From NCBI GenBank assembly GCA_964187785.1, contig OZ076409.1, positions 48,052,001 to 48,116,000 of the forward strand: a stretch of 64,000 bases of DNA, given 5' to 3'. The notes beneath the pieces are model-generated. The model made no database searches, was not told where the DNA came from, and saw nothing but the letters and a program-made list of their open reading frames with translations. Below, piece after piece: positions 11,901 to 24,265 of this stretch; position 1 is the first letter of the stretch; each line of letters opens with the position of its first letter. The position numbers and the translations under genes are program-made. This DNA is from Amphiscolops sp. MND2022. Taxonomy: Eukaryota.

Positions 11901-14161
11901 GGCTCTCAGGTTCGTCATGAGGTGATAAACATCATTGGCTGCGATGCCGATATCGTCCACATACTGGGCACACTGATCCGCTTTAATGACTTTGTCGAGG
12001 TATTCTCTCATGAAACTCGAGAATGCGGATAGTGACCGACTAAGGCCTTGTGCCAAGCGTCTGTAAGCGAATGTGCGACTGGCAAAATTGAAAGCCAACA
12101 TTTCGATTGAACGTTGGTCAGCCATTGGTAGGCAGTGGTATGCCTGCGAACAGTCTAATTTACAGAACAGTTTTTTGCCTGCCAAGTGTTGGGCAGCATC
12201 AACTAGTGTACTGACGGGATGATTGTTGTTGATATAATCATCTGAGATGAGGTTGTTGATTTTTCTCAAGTCAACCAAGAGTCGGAGTTTCCCGTTCGGT
12301 TTCTTCTGTGCAAATATTGGGCTCGCATATTTCGAGAACGGTAGGGTGGTGATGATGCCATATTTGTGTAACATGGCTAATTCGACTAGGATGTCCTCCT
12401 TCAGATTGATAGGAGCTGGAAGGCTTTGACTATAGGCTGGGGAATCGTCCTTAGGTGTCAGTTTCACTTTGAATTCCTCGTTCATGCCTATATCAAATCG
12501 GTGTCGTGCAAAGATGTCATGGAATTCCACTAGCAAGTCCTCAATTTTCTCCTTCTCTTCAGGAGTAAGGGTGGAATCTTTCCAGTCAAAGTTTTCTAAG
12601 AATTTTGCACGCGATTCTGCATCTGTGGTGGGGTCGAGTGTCTCCAGGTCCTGTAAGGCCTGTAACTCGCGTAGGATTCGTTTTTGTATAGGTGTGTGTT
12701 CCTCAGGATTTCCAGGGTTTTCTGGAGTTGGGAACCAATAATTTTCGGAGTTTTGTGGATTTCTATTGGTTTTGATGAGACTGCTGACATAATGGGCTGC
12801 TTGCTCCTGGTCATTCTGCAAAAGGTGCCAGGTTGATGCCGGATCTACCGGTTTGACATACTTCATCTGTTCTGGCGTCATGACAGAAAAATTGGCAATA
12901 TGTAGTCCCTTTTTGAGTTTATAAGGGTGGTCTGTGAAATTGTTCACTGGTATCAATATATTGCCATCATTCAGAGTGACCAAAGCTGGGCAAAATGTGA
13001 TGTCGCCTTCCTCATGTAGGAGGTCGCTCGGTTGCAAAAATCCAGTGACAGCATTCTCAGGGTAGAGTAGGGAATTGGTCCTAATTAGGACTTTGTCATT
13101 TGGTGGAATTGTTATCTCAATAGGGTTGAGAATTGGTTCTAATACATTTGAATACTTATGGTCAGCCGTTTTAAGCTGCATTGAAAAGAACGGGAAATTC
13201 AGTATCCCTTGTCTCATGTCCAGCACTGTATGGTTTCTTTGAAGGAACATTAGTCCAATGATCGGTCCTGTCAAAAGATTTCATGGAACTCAATGTCACC
13301 AACTTCGAATTTGAGCTCTATGGTACTCTTAGGAGTTTCCAGTTGCCCATTAGCGACCATGATTTGGAAGTTCGGAGGGGGACCTTCTCGGATAACAGAT
13401 TGTGGAGATAGAAGGCGGATTTTCCGGAGGTCCATTTCAGGGATTGCACTGGAGAGTGCTCCGGTGTCTATTAATCCATCAATGGTCAATTCCCCAAAGT
13501 CCATTGGGAAATAAAGCATGCGTTTTTTGCATTTGAGGTCGATGTTGGTTGACAGGGGTATACAGTCTGGTTCACCTTCTCTGGTGATAAGTACGTTCTG
13601 GAATTGTTTTTCGTCTAGCAATGATTGTGGCGTGGTTTCACCACTGTTTTCAGGATTCTCGGTCCCCAGTGGGTTTGGGAACACTGGGTGGTTTGTACCA
13701 TCATTCATTTGCCAGTTTTCAATTAGCGCTCGTGTTTTCTTGTTATGGGTAATTGGAGGATTCTCGTGGACTGTTCTGTTGTAATGGTCAATATCGTCCA
13801 GGACATATTGAAATTGCAGTGAATGTTGGTTGTAAAGCTCGGTGTCCCAATAGGGATCTCTGCCGTAGTCTGGATCGATGTATGTTGGATTGTAATCATC
13901 GATTAGGGGAATAGGCCTGAACCGGGTAGTAAAGGTGGTGGTGTAATCAGGGTCCCAAACAGGAATTGGTTTCTGGAATAAATGGGTGTTATTGTAGGTG
14001 ATGATGGTAGCTTTTTCCATCTGCTGCTGCCAGACAACAGAGGGGTAGCCCATCAATTGCTGATTGTATTGGTGGAAGGTTTGCGTTGGGGGGTCCGATC
14101 TGATGTATTGTCGGACAGATATCAGTTCGTTGTATTGGAGTCGTGGCGAAATTAGTTTTTT
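8967..14161 (-). pseudogene. pol: pol polyprotein: protease (DTGA), dUTPase-like spacer, RT (YVDD), RNase H (TDAS), integrase (HHCC, DDE, GPF) with acidic tail
   Basis: Motifs seen in ORFs 13271-14056, 10563-13274 and 8967-10535. Broken by a short frameshifting deletion near 13274 (copy 2 retains IVMEKLTGP) and a TAA at 10563-10565. Confidence 0.95.
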
Positions 14162-15864
14162 GACTCATCATTAGAAGATGAGGATTGTGAGTTTGAAGAT
14201 GTTGACTTGTTTTGCGGTTTCTGCGCTTTTGAATTGGGCTTACCGTCATTGGCATCATCTGGTCTGGTGCGTTTGGGTTTGAGATGTGCACCAGCGCCTT
14301 GCCAGCATCTTTCTTCCGGGTGGTTCTTTTTACCACAAGTGCCACACTCCGGATACGTCTTTTTCTGAGTCTGTTTGCCTTGTTGGGCATCTTTTTCCTT
14401 TTTCTTCTTCAATTTTTCACAGTCTTTGACCATATGGCCCTTCTCCTTGCAATAGTTGCAAGTGATGTCCGACATTTGCCCAGTAGTTAGAGGAGTCTTG
14501 GATTTTGTTGTCGAGGAGGTCATTGTGGCCATTGGTAGGTCGTCTGATTCCTCTAGGGCATTTAGTTCTAACTCTCTCTCTAAATGAGCAACTATTTCGT
14601 CATAAGAGCCATTTTCGAGTCTGGCCATGTTTATAGACCGCTTCAGTTTTGGTGGCAGTTTTGCGTAGAGCAAACTGTCAATCATTTTTTGCGCGTGATC
14701 CCCGAATGCTTTTTCTGCCCCTTGATTTAATTCTTCAAGGAAATCTGGCAGTTTCATCGTGTTGGGATCAAAGACCAGACGGTGCCATTTATGTTTGGCA
14801 GTCGCTTGTGATTCGGGCTTGACGTATTTTCGTCTGAATATGACCAATACGTCCTCTAAAGTCTGTCTATTACTCGAGCTGATGTTCCGGAAGGTTTGGA
14901 GAGCATTCTTCCTCAGCAATGAGTGGAAGTGATTTATTTTCATCTGTTCCGTCATTTCCGGTTGCATCTTGATCATCGTATGGAACAGGTCCTCAAACAG
15001 TTCGAATTTTTCACTCTTGCCGTCAAAAGTCATTGTGTTGGAATTGACTGGGCGTATAGTGAGTTGTTGGGCTGTCGGCCTATTCTGCATCGTTGTCAAG
15101 ACATCTGCCAGTCGAGTAATAGGGTCGGTTTGAGCAGCCGGAGCATTTCTCTCTTGCGCTGGGATCGTCGTGTCAAGGTTGATGTCCTCATAGGACCTGT
15201 CGAGATGGTTTCTGGATGAGACTCGTCCCGTGAGAAACTCGGGAACTTGAAGTGGAGATTCGTTGTCTCCTGTCACCATGTCATGAACGTTACCGATGGA
15301 CGGTCTACCTAATCGGTATCCATCATGTTGTTCATTTCTACAGTCAGCTTTAGCGTTTGGAATTCGCTGTTCCTCGGCATTTGCTTCCGCTCTCTCAACT
15401 GGGACTTCCCATCCCCTTCTGGTCTCTCGGCCCGATCCGGCCATTATGACATTCTGTATCTGAGGCAATACTTGACTGCTGATAGCCTCATTAATGGCCC
15501 TTTGGATCTGCGTCCCAACATTATTCATCATTTCATCCATCTCACGGGATATCCTAGAGTTCAATTCGCTAGACAACCTATTTATCTCAGCTAGTGAGTT
15601 TGCTTCAACTGAGTTTTGGCCAAAATCGGCACTTGTCCTAGGTTCATCATTTCTGCAATTAGAAAATAGGCTTTCGCCCTCGTTGTCCAAGTTATTACTT
15701 ATGACACTTTCTCTCCTCCCAACGGAGTTATTGTCTAAACTCCTTTCTCCTTCAGTTCCATTGTAACGATCGCCTCCTAACATTATGTCTAGATTTTCGA
15801 TATCAGAAAGGATCTCTAGTCCTCTGGACTTTCTAGTCTTCTTTTGTTTTCTTGTAGTAGGCAT
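14152..15864 (-). CDS. gag: Gag, 570 aa, with two CCHC zinc knuckles; first 195 codons lie inside the 5' LTR
   Basis: CNYCKEKGHMVKDC and CGTCGKKNHPEERC knuckles; ORF directly precedes pol. Confidence 0.93.
   Translation of the reverse strand: MPTTRKQKKTRKSRGLEILSDIENLDIMLGGDRYNGTEGERSLDNNSVGRRESVISNNLDNEGESLFSNCRNDEPRTSADFGQNSVEANSLAEINRLSSELNSRISREMDEMMNNVGTQIQRAINEAISSQVLPQIQNVIMAGSGRETRRGWEVPVERAEANAEEQRIPNAKADCRNEQHDGYRLGRPSIGNVHDMVTGDNESPLQVPEFLTGRVSSRNHLDRSYEDINLDTTIPAQERNAPAAQTDPITRLADVLTTMQNRPTAQQLTIRPVNSNTMTFDGKSEKFELFEDLFHTMIKMQPEMTEQMKINHFHSLLRKNALQTFRNISSSNRQTLEDVLVIFRRKYVKPESQATAKHKWHRLVFDPNTMKLPDFLEELNQGAEKAFGDHAQKMIDSLLYAKLPPKLKRSINMARLENGSYDEIVAHLERELELNALEESDDLPMATMTSSTTKSKTPLTTGQMSDITCNYCKEKGHMVKDCEKLKKKKEKDAQQGKQTQKKTYPECGTCGKKNHPEERCWQGAGAHLKPKRTRPDDANDGKPNSKAQKPQNKSTSSNSQSSSSNDESKN
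14155..14161 (-). other. -1 ribosomal frameshift slippery site A AAA AAC at the gag stop
   Basis: The -1 frame (KLISPRLQYNELISVRQYIRSDPP...) is open into the protease ORF; AAAAAAC-TAA is conserved in copy 2 at 45471-45480. Confidence 0.85.
15267..15278 (-). other. Primer-binding site TGGTGACAGGAG (tRNA-Leu-like)
   Basis: Immediately follows the LTR-terminal CA; identical 12-mer in copy 2 (45941-45952); resembles the tRNA-Leu PBS TGGTGTCAGGAG. Confidence 0.8.
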
Positions 15865-16987
15865 AAGGAAACTTCGAGTATAAAATTAAATTAGATTATA
15901 TCTCGAAAATAACAGTGAAACCGTTTGTACTAATATGATAGTCTTTTTCAGAAGAGAGCAAATTAAGAAGTGTCTCCTCTCTCAAAGGCACGGGTATTTA
16001 TACCCCCGAAAGAGTGACACTCTCATTCCTTACATTCTTTGACTAAGACAATATCATATGACTGCATTTTTGATGGTCACAGGATGAACGCTATCCATTT
16101 CAAATATTATACATCAAAGGGACAATCTTTCAACCGTTAGCACCGTTTACATATTTGGCAAAATATTTTCATTGAACAGGTATTTGTTGATGTAGGTGCA
16201 CATACTTTAGCACGTGACGGCACAACAAATATGTTTAGTCTAAATACCTTTCATGGGTACAATGACAAAAGGCCTGATAAGGCAATAATATCAAATTTCA
16301 TGCAACAGCTATTTTAGAACAAAATTGGATAACTATCCGTTAATGGTACAACAAAACATCAATTAACACTTCAGATTAGTACTTCATGATCAACTAAATA
16401 TCATTATATGAAATTAGCATCAATCACAAGTGCTTTGTTTATGGCAGACTGAATAGTCGAATTAAGTCGTCTGCCTGAACGGCATTAATAGCACTTCATC
16501 CGGTTTGTACAAAGGCCGTAATCGGCAAAAGAGAATAAAGCACACGAAAATGAAGGCCTCTGATTGGCTAATTGAGTGAGCGCAAGTGACGCTAGCAAGA
16601 AAATACAGGAGTCCATTTGATCTCGTTTCCGTATTTTCTTTAAGTTGCTTACCATAATCTTTGATTATTATTACATCGCATTGATAATACAACAGCACAA
16701 CACAATCTATGTTAACAGACTAATATACACTTAACATTCAGGACTAAGGTCGATCATAAATAATCAATAAGTGCAATAATTCTAAGTTTTGGTGATAAGG
16801 GAATACGTCCCGGTACGGCCCTTTTGGCTTTTTCTAAAATAATACGGCAACAAAACACATGAGCAATGTAAAAGTTTAAGAGAAAGTTTTAGTTTACTTT
16901 AATAGATAGGGAGAGTTCCTGGGGCCACATCCTGACCAACAGCCGTTGTTGTAATCCTTGTGCCGTCACAGGCGGCAGCCTGCGACA
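15279..16987 (-). repeat. 5' LTR of copy 1 (1709 bp)
   Basis: Direct repeat of 1086-2795; followed by the PBS on the element strand. Confidence 0.96.
15995..16002 (-). promoter_or_regulatory. Candidate LTR TATA box TATAAATA (also at 1802-1809)
   Basis: About 130 nt upstream of the gag ATG and flanked by GC-rich bases. Confidence 0.5.
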
Positions 16988-17089
16988 GGGAACGAAAAAT
17001 ATTTAAATCAAACGGTGTTTTTTAAGTAAAATTTGGCATGTTTAAATTTAAGAGAGTCACCCAGAGAATTCAACTCACATAAATTTTTT

Positions 17090-17770
17090 TATCAGACATC
17101 GTGGATTAGAGTGTTGGAATCGTTCAACAAGGCAAAAATTCATTGTCAAGTAGGCTCTTCCGAAGCGATAATTGCTGTTTTCTAAACGAAACTCTTCGCA
17201 TATTGAAACTGAGAATGACAAAAAATCTAAAATTTCCCAATTTTCAAAGTTTCCATGCAATTTTTGTCAAATTTTTGACAGACTTCGTGGATTGGAATCT
17301 TGAAAACCGTCAAAAAAAGGAAGAGTTGGTTGTCCAGTAGGCTTCTCTGGAGAGATAATTGCAGTTTTCGAAATGAAAATATCTCAAATTGACAACAAAA
17401 ATCACAAAAAAACCCTATTTTTTCCAATTTTCAAAGTTTTCATGCCATTTTTGTCAAATTTTTGACATTTGACAGACTCAGTGAATTGAATGTTGAAAAG
17501 AGTCAACAAGGAACACGATTGTTATCCACTAGGCTTAATGAAGAGAGAGATGCAGACTGTTTTTAGTCGGCGCGTTTTCCTTTTGAGGAAAAATGCCCGA
17601 CTATAGCAGTAACCTTTCTTTCAGACCATATCACTCACACTGATCGGTCCACGTCGTGAATTAGAATGTTGGAACAGTTAAACAAGAGAAGAATTCATTG
17701 TTCCAGTAGGCTTTTTTTACGAGATAAGTACAGTTTTTAGTTTGAAAAATGCCTCAAATTGATCGAAAAG
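17090..17770. repeat. Degenerate ~185-bp tandem array (about 4 units)
   Basis: Recurrent GAC-TCGTGGATT-GAAT-TTG...CAACAAG...AGTAGGCT...GAGATAA near 17095, 17281, 17474 and 17655. Confidence 0.6.
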
Positions 17771-18590
17771 TATTTGTTGGTTTCAAAGCAATTTCTATAC
17801 ATCTTCCAAGAGATTTTATTAGAAGTTTCAAAAGGTTCAAAAACTGAAGAACGAGCCATGCAGTACCTTTTTAATGAGAACGTTGCAGTGTTTTGTCTCA
17901 AAAAATCTTCAGAATGACTTCAGATGAGTCGAAATATCGATAGAATTCAATATCTTCTTGTTTATATCCAACGTATGTGATATTTTGAAAAGATTTGGAG
18001 TCAGATTGTTGAGTTTCGTCAAAAACAACTCAATTTTTATCCAGAGGGCGTTTTCGAAGACATTTAGGAGACTTCTGCTTTTAAATGTCTGAAAACTGAC
18101 CACAAAAAATCAAAAGTGTCAAAATTCTTCCCGATTTCATTCAAGATATTCATTCCCGAAATTTGAAAGCTTCGAAAAGCTCCAGAATATGTGACTAGGT
18201 GCGCAGCAGGCTGTTTAAAGGGAAATATGCACCTTTTATGGCAAGAACTTTCCTCAGATTGAGCCAAATTGCGAAAAGCACTGGAAACTTTCAAACTTTT
18301 TACATGTTATGCAGTTTTTTGAATGGAAGCAGTCCTGTCATCCATTACGCGTTTTTGAAGATATAACTGCAATTTTCCCTTGGAATTGTCCTCAAAAACA
18401 CCTAAAAAACCAGAAAACGACCCCGTTCAAAAGTTTACTTCAATCAGAAAATCCAAAGGCTCAGGAATGAAACGTGACCTACCGGTAGTGTTTCGAAGAG
18501 ATATTGGACAAGTTTTTTGCACAATTTCCAAAAACAATTACTTGAAAACGTGGAATTCTTTTTGAATCTCATTTATCAAATATTTCATTT

Positions 18591-21539
18591 TCAATAAGTT
18601 CCGAGCAAAACCACCAGGTATGGAGTACGCCTCACAAGAAAAATGTATTTGCAGTTTCCCACATGAAGGAGAAAACCTGAGAATGACACAAAATCAGAGA
18701 GAATTCAACGGTTTTTTGGTTTTTCGTAAGTTCTTCATGCGTTCCGTGGGTTAGAAGGGTGTTCATTTTAATTCAACAACAACAAAACTCAGTTTGCAAT
18801 AGGTTTTCAGGAAGAGACATCTGTAGTTTCAGGTTGGAAAAGTTCTCACATTGACTAACAAAGTTGGTCGGAAATACCATCTTTTACAGTTTTTCTCACT
18901 TCTGGTGTCTTTATGTGCAACTATAACACGAGCCGTTTCTTGAACTTGCAAAGGACACCAATTTCAAACGTTCTCCCTCTTCTCAGTGTCAAAATTTACC
19001 CCAATAAATACGCTTGAGACTCGGAAACCTCTTTTTAGTCGGTGCTTTTCGTAGAAAACGCAGGCAATAGCAGTGACTTTTCTTTTTTTTAGTCGGCGCT
19101 TTTCGAAGAAAACGCAGACTAGAGCAGTGATTTTTTTAGGACCAACGAAGTGACAGATTTTAAGATCTTTAGAGGTTAATTGCACTAACACTAACTGCCA
19201 CACTACTTCTACTGGCACTTGAGATAGAGGTTAATTAGGCTTTGATATATATATTTTCGAAAGATCAAATGTGTGGAAAAAAGTACTGACAAAAAGTCGT
19301 AACTGTAGTCGCTCTTTCGTGAAGAAAACGGCTGACTGATATGGTATGTTTGCCGTGTTAGGCATTGATATCAACATAGTTCAACAACAGAACATTTAGA
19401 TACTTGGCGTGTTTATAAATAACAGGCCCCCTCCGGGGCACAATATTATTCCTCTTTTAGGTTTTCATATTCAAAAATTGAAGGATAGAATCGATTGAAT
19501 CTGGAATAACCATACGACCTTGTTAATTTATTATATAGCCCACCATAGTTCACTGTACCAGTTTACACGGCTTTTATTTCGTCTCGGACTAACGAAATTA
19601 TAACTACTAAGCGTAGACGAAGTTTCGCATTAGGATTTTCGAATGTATGCGCAGCTCTCGGCGAACGAATAATTTACACCCATTTGTTCTCATATCATGA
19701 ACTCGGTCTGCGAGTAATTAGCACTCATTAGCTTCATTCCATTAACTCGGCCTACGAATGCATAGAAATGAATCGTCGTCAGAACTGTCGAACCAAATAT
19801 CTAAATTTTCCAGTAGGTACTCGGATCGCGAACGGAAGTCGGTTGAAAAAAAGTTGCAACTTTCTAAATTCGATATTATTCCTGCTATTGCCGAAATAAT
19901 AGGTTAGGTGTTTCCTTTTAAAATGTGCTGAGATGAATTATAATCTTTCTTTTTTTCGAACTTTTTTGTATTTTCATAGAGAATTGTCTATTCTTGAACA
20001 TCAAATTTTTGTCGTTGTATAACAGTTTTGGGGGGGGGGTTGTTTTGGAAAATATCGCGCTGCTCAATAAGTTCCGAGCAAAACCACCAGGTATGGAGTA
20101 GGCCTCACAAGGAAAATGTATTTGCAGTTTCCCACATGAAGGAGAAAACCTGAGAATGACACAAAATCAGAGAGAATTCAACGGTTTTTTGGTTTTTCGT
20201 AAGTTCTTCATGCTTTCCGTGGGTTAGAAGGGTGTTCATTTTAATTCAACAACAACAAAACTCAGTTTGCAATAGGTTTTCAAGAAGAGACATCTATAGT
20301 TTCAGGTTGGAAAAGTTTCTCACATTGACAACAAAGTTGGTCGGAAATACCATCTTTTACAGTTTTTCTCACTTCTGGTGTCTTTATGTGCAACTATAAC
20401 ACGAGCCGTTTCTTGAACTTGCAAAGGACACCAATTTCAAACGTTCTCCCTCTTCTCAGTGTCAAAATTTACCCCAATAAATACGCTTGAGACTCGGAAA
20501 CCTCTTTTTAGTCGGTGCTTTTTGTAGAAAACGCAGGCAATAGCAGTGACTTTTCTTTTTTTTAGTCGGCGCTTTTCGTAGAAAACGCAGACTAGAGCAG
20601 TGATTTTTTTAAGACCAACGAAGTGACAGATTTTATGATCTTTAGAGGTTAATTGCACTAACACTAACTGCCACACTACTTCTACTGGCACTTGAGATAG
20701 AGGTTAATTAGGCTTTGATATAAATATTTTCGAAAGATCAAATGTGTGGAAAAAAGTACTGACAAAAAGTCGTAACTGTAGTCGCTCTTTCGTGAAGAAA
20801 ACGGCTGACTGATATGGTATGTTTGGTGTGTTAGGCATTGATATCAACATAGTTCAACAACAGAACATTTAGATACTTAGCGTGTTTATAAATAACAGGC
20901 CCCCTCCGGGGCACAATATTATTACTCTTTTAGGTTTTCATATTCAAAAATTGAAGGATAGAATCGATTGAATCTGGAATAACCATACGACCTTGTTAAT
21001 TTATTATATAGCCCACCATAGTTCACTGTACCAGTTTACACGGCTTTTATTTCGTCTCGGACTAACGAAATTATAACTACTAAGCGTAGACGAAGTTTCG
21101 CATTAGGATTTTCGAATGTATGCGCAGCTCTCGGCGAACGAATAATTTACACCCATTTGTTCTCATATCATGAACTCGGTCTGCGAGTAATTAGCACTCA
21201 TTAGCTTCATTCCATTAACTCGGCCTACGAATGCATAGAAATGAATCGTCGTCAGAACTGTCGAACCAAATATCTAAATTTTCCAGTAGGTACTCGGATC
21301 GCGAACGGAAGTCGGTTGAAAAAAAGTTGCAACTTTCTAAATTCGATATTATTCCTGCTATTGCCGAAATAAAAGGTTAGGTGTTTCCTTTTAAAATGTG
21401 CTGAGATGAATTATAATCTTTCTTTTTTTCGAACTTTTTTGTATTTTCATAGAGAATTGTCTATTCTTGAACATCAAATTTTTGTCGTTGTATAACAGCT
21501 TGGGGGGGGGGGGTGGGTTGGAAAATATCTCGCTGCTCA
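18591..21539. repeat. Recent tandem duplication, 2 x ~1473 bp
   Basis: 18591-20063 is nearly identical to 20064-21539; TCA microhomology at the junction. Confidence 0.95.
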
Positions 21540-22799
21540 GCCGGCGTTGTGTTATATTTTTGATCGTCCTAATTTTCCAATGGGTTATTGATAGCTTTAC
21601 TGTAATGTTGAGAATCAATACTTTTAGTTCTAGAAATCTAGAAAATGAAAATTTATGAACTAATGTTCAAAACGTACATTTTGAAGATTTCAAAAACGAG
21701 AAAAATATCACTACAAGACAGAAACAGTTAGTGTTCTTGGAATTTGTTGTGTGTAATCTATGAACCGTCATGTCTCCTAAACTTCAAAAGACTGTCAGGG
21801 AGTCAAGGGTTACCAGCCCAGACATTTTTAATTTTGAGATTGTAGTTTATGCTTTTTGAACTTTTACAAGCCATTTGAGAAATGCAATCAGAAATTAAGC
21901 CAATCTTTAAGAACAAAGTTTCCAGAAAAATGTTTATAAAAGTAGAAACTTCGATTCGGTCAGGTTTTTAAATATAGTTTATTTCAGTGCGTGAACTGAA
22001 AAATCTGAAGCAAATCATAGACGGACGAACGGTAACTTTGATTACAATCTGTTTCATTTTTGCAAAACTGTGAATAAGTCTCGCTTATACAGTACACCAA
22101 ATGCGACGCTAACTGAAAATGGACCAGAAGCGCTGTGACCCTGCCACATTTTTTGTATTTTCTGCTATAACGCCTTCAGAAAAAAATTAGGCCCAGTGAC
22201 CAACGTTTTACAAAAAAGAACGCGAAATTTTGAACAGAAGTTTTTTCAGATCTCAAAACCAGCTCATGCAGTAAAACTTCAGATTTACAAATGGCAATTG
22301 GACGAAAGGGTATTTCATTTGCCATCATCCTGTTAAGACCCAATATATACTATCTTCAGAACTTGGCCAAAACTTTCTCATAAATAGTCTCGAAGTCTAG
22401 AAAAAAGTCCGATTGGTCTAATTCAATTTTTTTAAACTTAGCTGAAATTGTAAAAGAACCAAAAAAGAGCATTTGGTCTCGTGTACAATTGCAACAAGAA
22501 AAAACAAGTTAATCCTGTGCGGAATCTGAGCCCATGTACTCTTCTTACCACAAGTCTAACCACAAACAGGCACGCGGTAACAACTAGCACAATTAACACA
22601 AAGAACTTTTCATCAATCTAATAGTTTCTGGTCGAACGACCAACAATCTATTGCACTCTCATTATGACGACTTTAACTATAACTACTGACAAAATTCTCT
22701 TGAACTTGGATCCTACAATGGAATCGTGATTTTAAAAATATATAACTTAGAACGTTGTACCATTAAATTGACACGGGCACCCCACATTTGCCTCAAATT

Positions 22800-24150
22800 A
22801 CCAGAAATTTTGTCGTCGGAAATTCCGTCATAACAAATTTTGTCGCCAGAAATTGCGTCGTCAGAAATTTCGTCGTCGGATTTTTTTTGTCAAAAATTTC
22901 GTCTTCAGAACTTTTGTCGGCGGTAATTATGTTCTATAAAAACGTCGCGTTCTATCTAAGCAATTAGGAATTGTCTATTATTATTGAATCTTAATATTTA
23001 TCGAGTCTTAACAATTATCGAGTCTTGATAATTATCTCAAGAAGCTATGGTTTTAAGAGAAAGATTCGGACCATGTTTCTTATTCCACCTCCCAAGACGA
23101 AGTCGTTTCGACACTTGAAGCTTAAATTGTATAGTAAAGCCTCGCATTTAATGCAACTTTTCACCGCCATAAACTAAAACGAGCAACATAAAAGAGCTCC
23201 ATTTTGAATGGTTGACGAAAAATGAAACAATATCAGCGCCTTGTTTACAAATAGTGGAAGTTTGAAAAACACAACTTTTGCTAGTACAGTACTGTGATTA
23301 GGAAAACGTCCCCGAGGGCAATTTTAGGCTCGATTTTCTCGATATCTGTCGAGAGTTTTGAAAGACATCAAAAATGAAAGTTTCTTAGAATTTCATCTAG
23401 TTTGTATTAGCATTCCTGAAAATTTTCTGTGACAAAAATTGAGAAAGTTACAAATAGCGTTTTTCCAATGTTTGACCGTTCCATCCACAGTTTAATTGGC
23501 ATGTTTTATGCTCAATTAATTACCACAAATCTACTGAATCCATGGATTTAAAAAATAACCAACCATTTTCGAAAAATCAGGCTCGAAGTGTGAAATTTCG
23601 TCGATTTACATGTATTTAGAAAATAAAGTTTCGCGGTGAACAAAGTTCGATTATTTTTTTCATTTGGAACGTTTATGAAACAAAAAATATATCATTGGAT
23701 TCTAGACAATCTGCAGAAACCTATGGATTTGAAATCATAGGCAAGAACCTATGAATTTGAAAATTTCCCTACTGAAAATACAGTACTGTGTGGTGTGAAT
23801 CGTCAGAGTTCTTTCGCGTTTCCTTCTTTCACTGGGTGAAATGAATGCACACTGGTAAAATAATTCAGGTCTGAAAATATACTATTGCTCAATAGGCGTG
23901 TTGATGAGTTGGTTGAATACAATTACCTTTTTGACACAGTTTAGGTTCCAAAATGAAACTTGTTCTTAGGATCTCATTTCAAAAATTAAAAATTGAATAA
24001 TTAAAATGATATCGTTTCGTGAACACTGTTGATTCGAATCGATACGATACAATTTCTGACGACGATAGTTGACAAATATTCTGGATTTGCTAATACGACG
24101 ACATTTCCTACGAAGAAATTTCTGACGACGAAATTTCTCGCGATGAAATT
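22800..24150. mobile_element. Possible non-autonomous DNA element with inverted subterminal arrays of a ~15-bp unit (AGAAATTTCGTCGTC)
   Basis: Array at 22803-22920 and its reverse complement at 24050-24150; exact termini not resolved. Confidence 0.5.
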
Positions 24151-24265
24151 CCCGCCTCCATTGCCTCGGACACCTGATGTCTTCGGTCAAGACCATGTGA
24201 ATTGGTAATTTTTCAGACAATTAAATCGTCAAAAAGTATGATGGCGAAACGACATGGCAAAAAAG

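Larger units (their letters stand above)
1086..16987 (-). mobile_element. Full-length Ty3/Gypsy LTR retrotransposon, copy 1 (15.9 kb)
   Basis: TG...CA direct repeats, 5-bp TSD GGGAA (1081-1085 and 16988-16992), PBS, gag, and pol in PR-RT-RH-IN order. Confidence 0.97.

Noticed and set aside
13989..14390. 133-aa ORF as the gag-pol bridge
   Set aside because: It is in the +1 frame; the -1 frame at AAAAAAC is the one continuous with the protease
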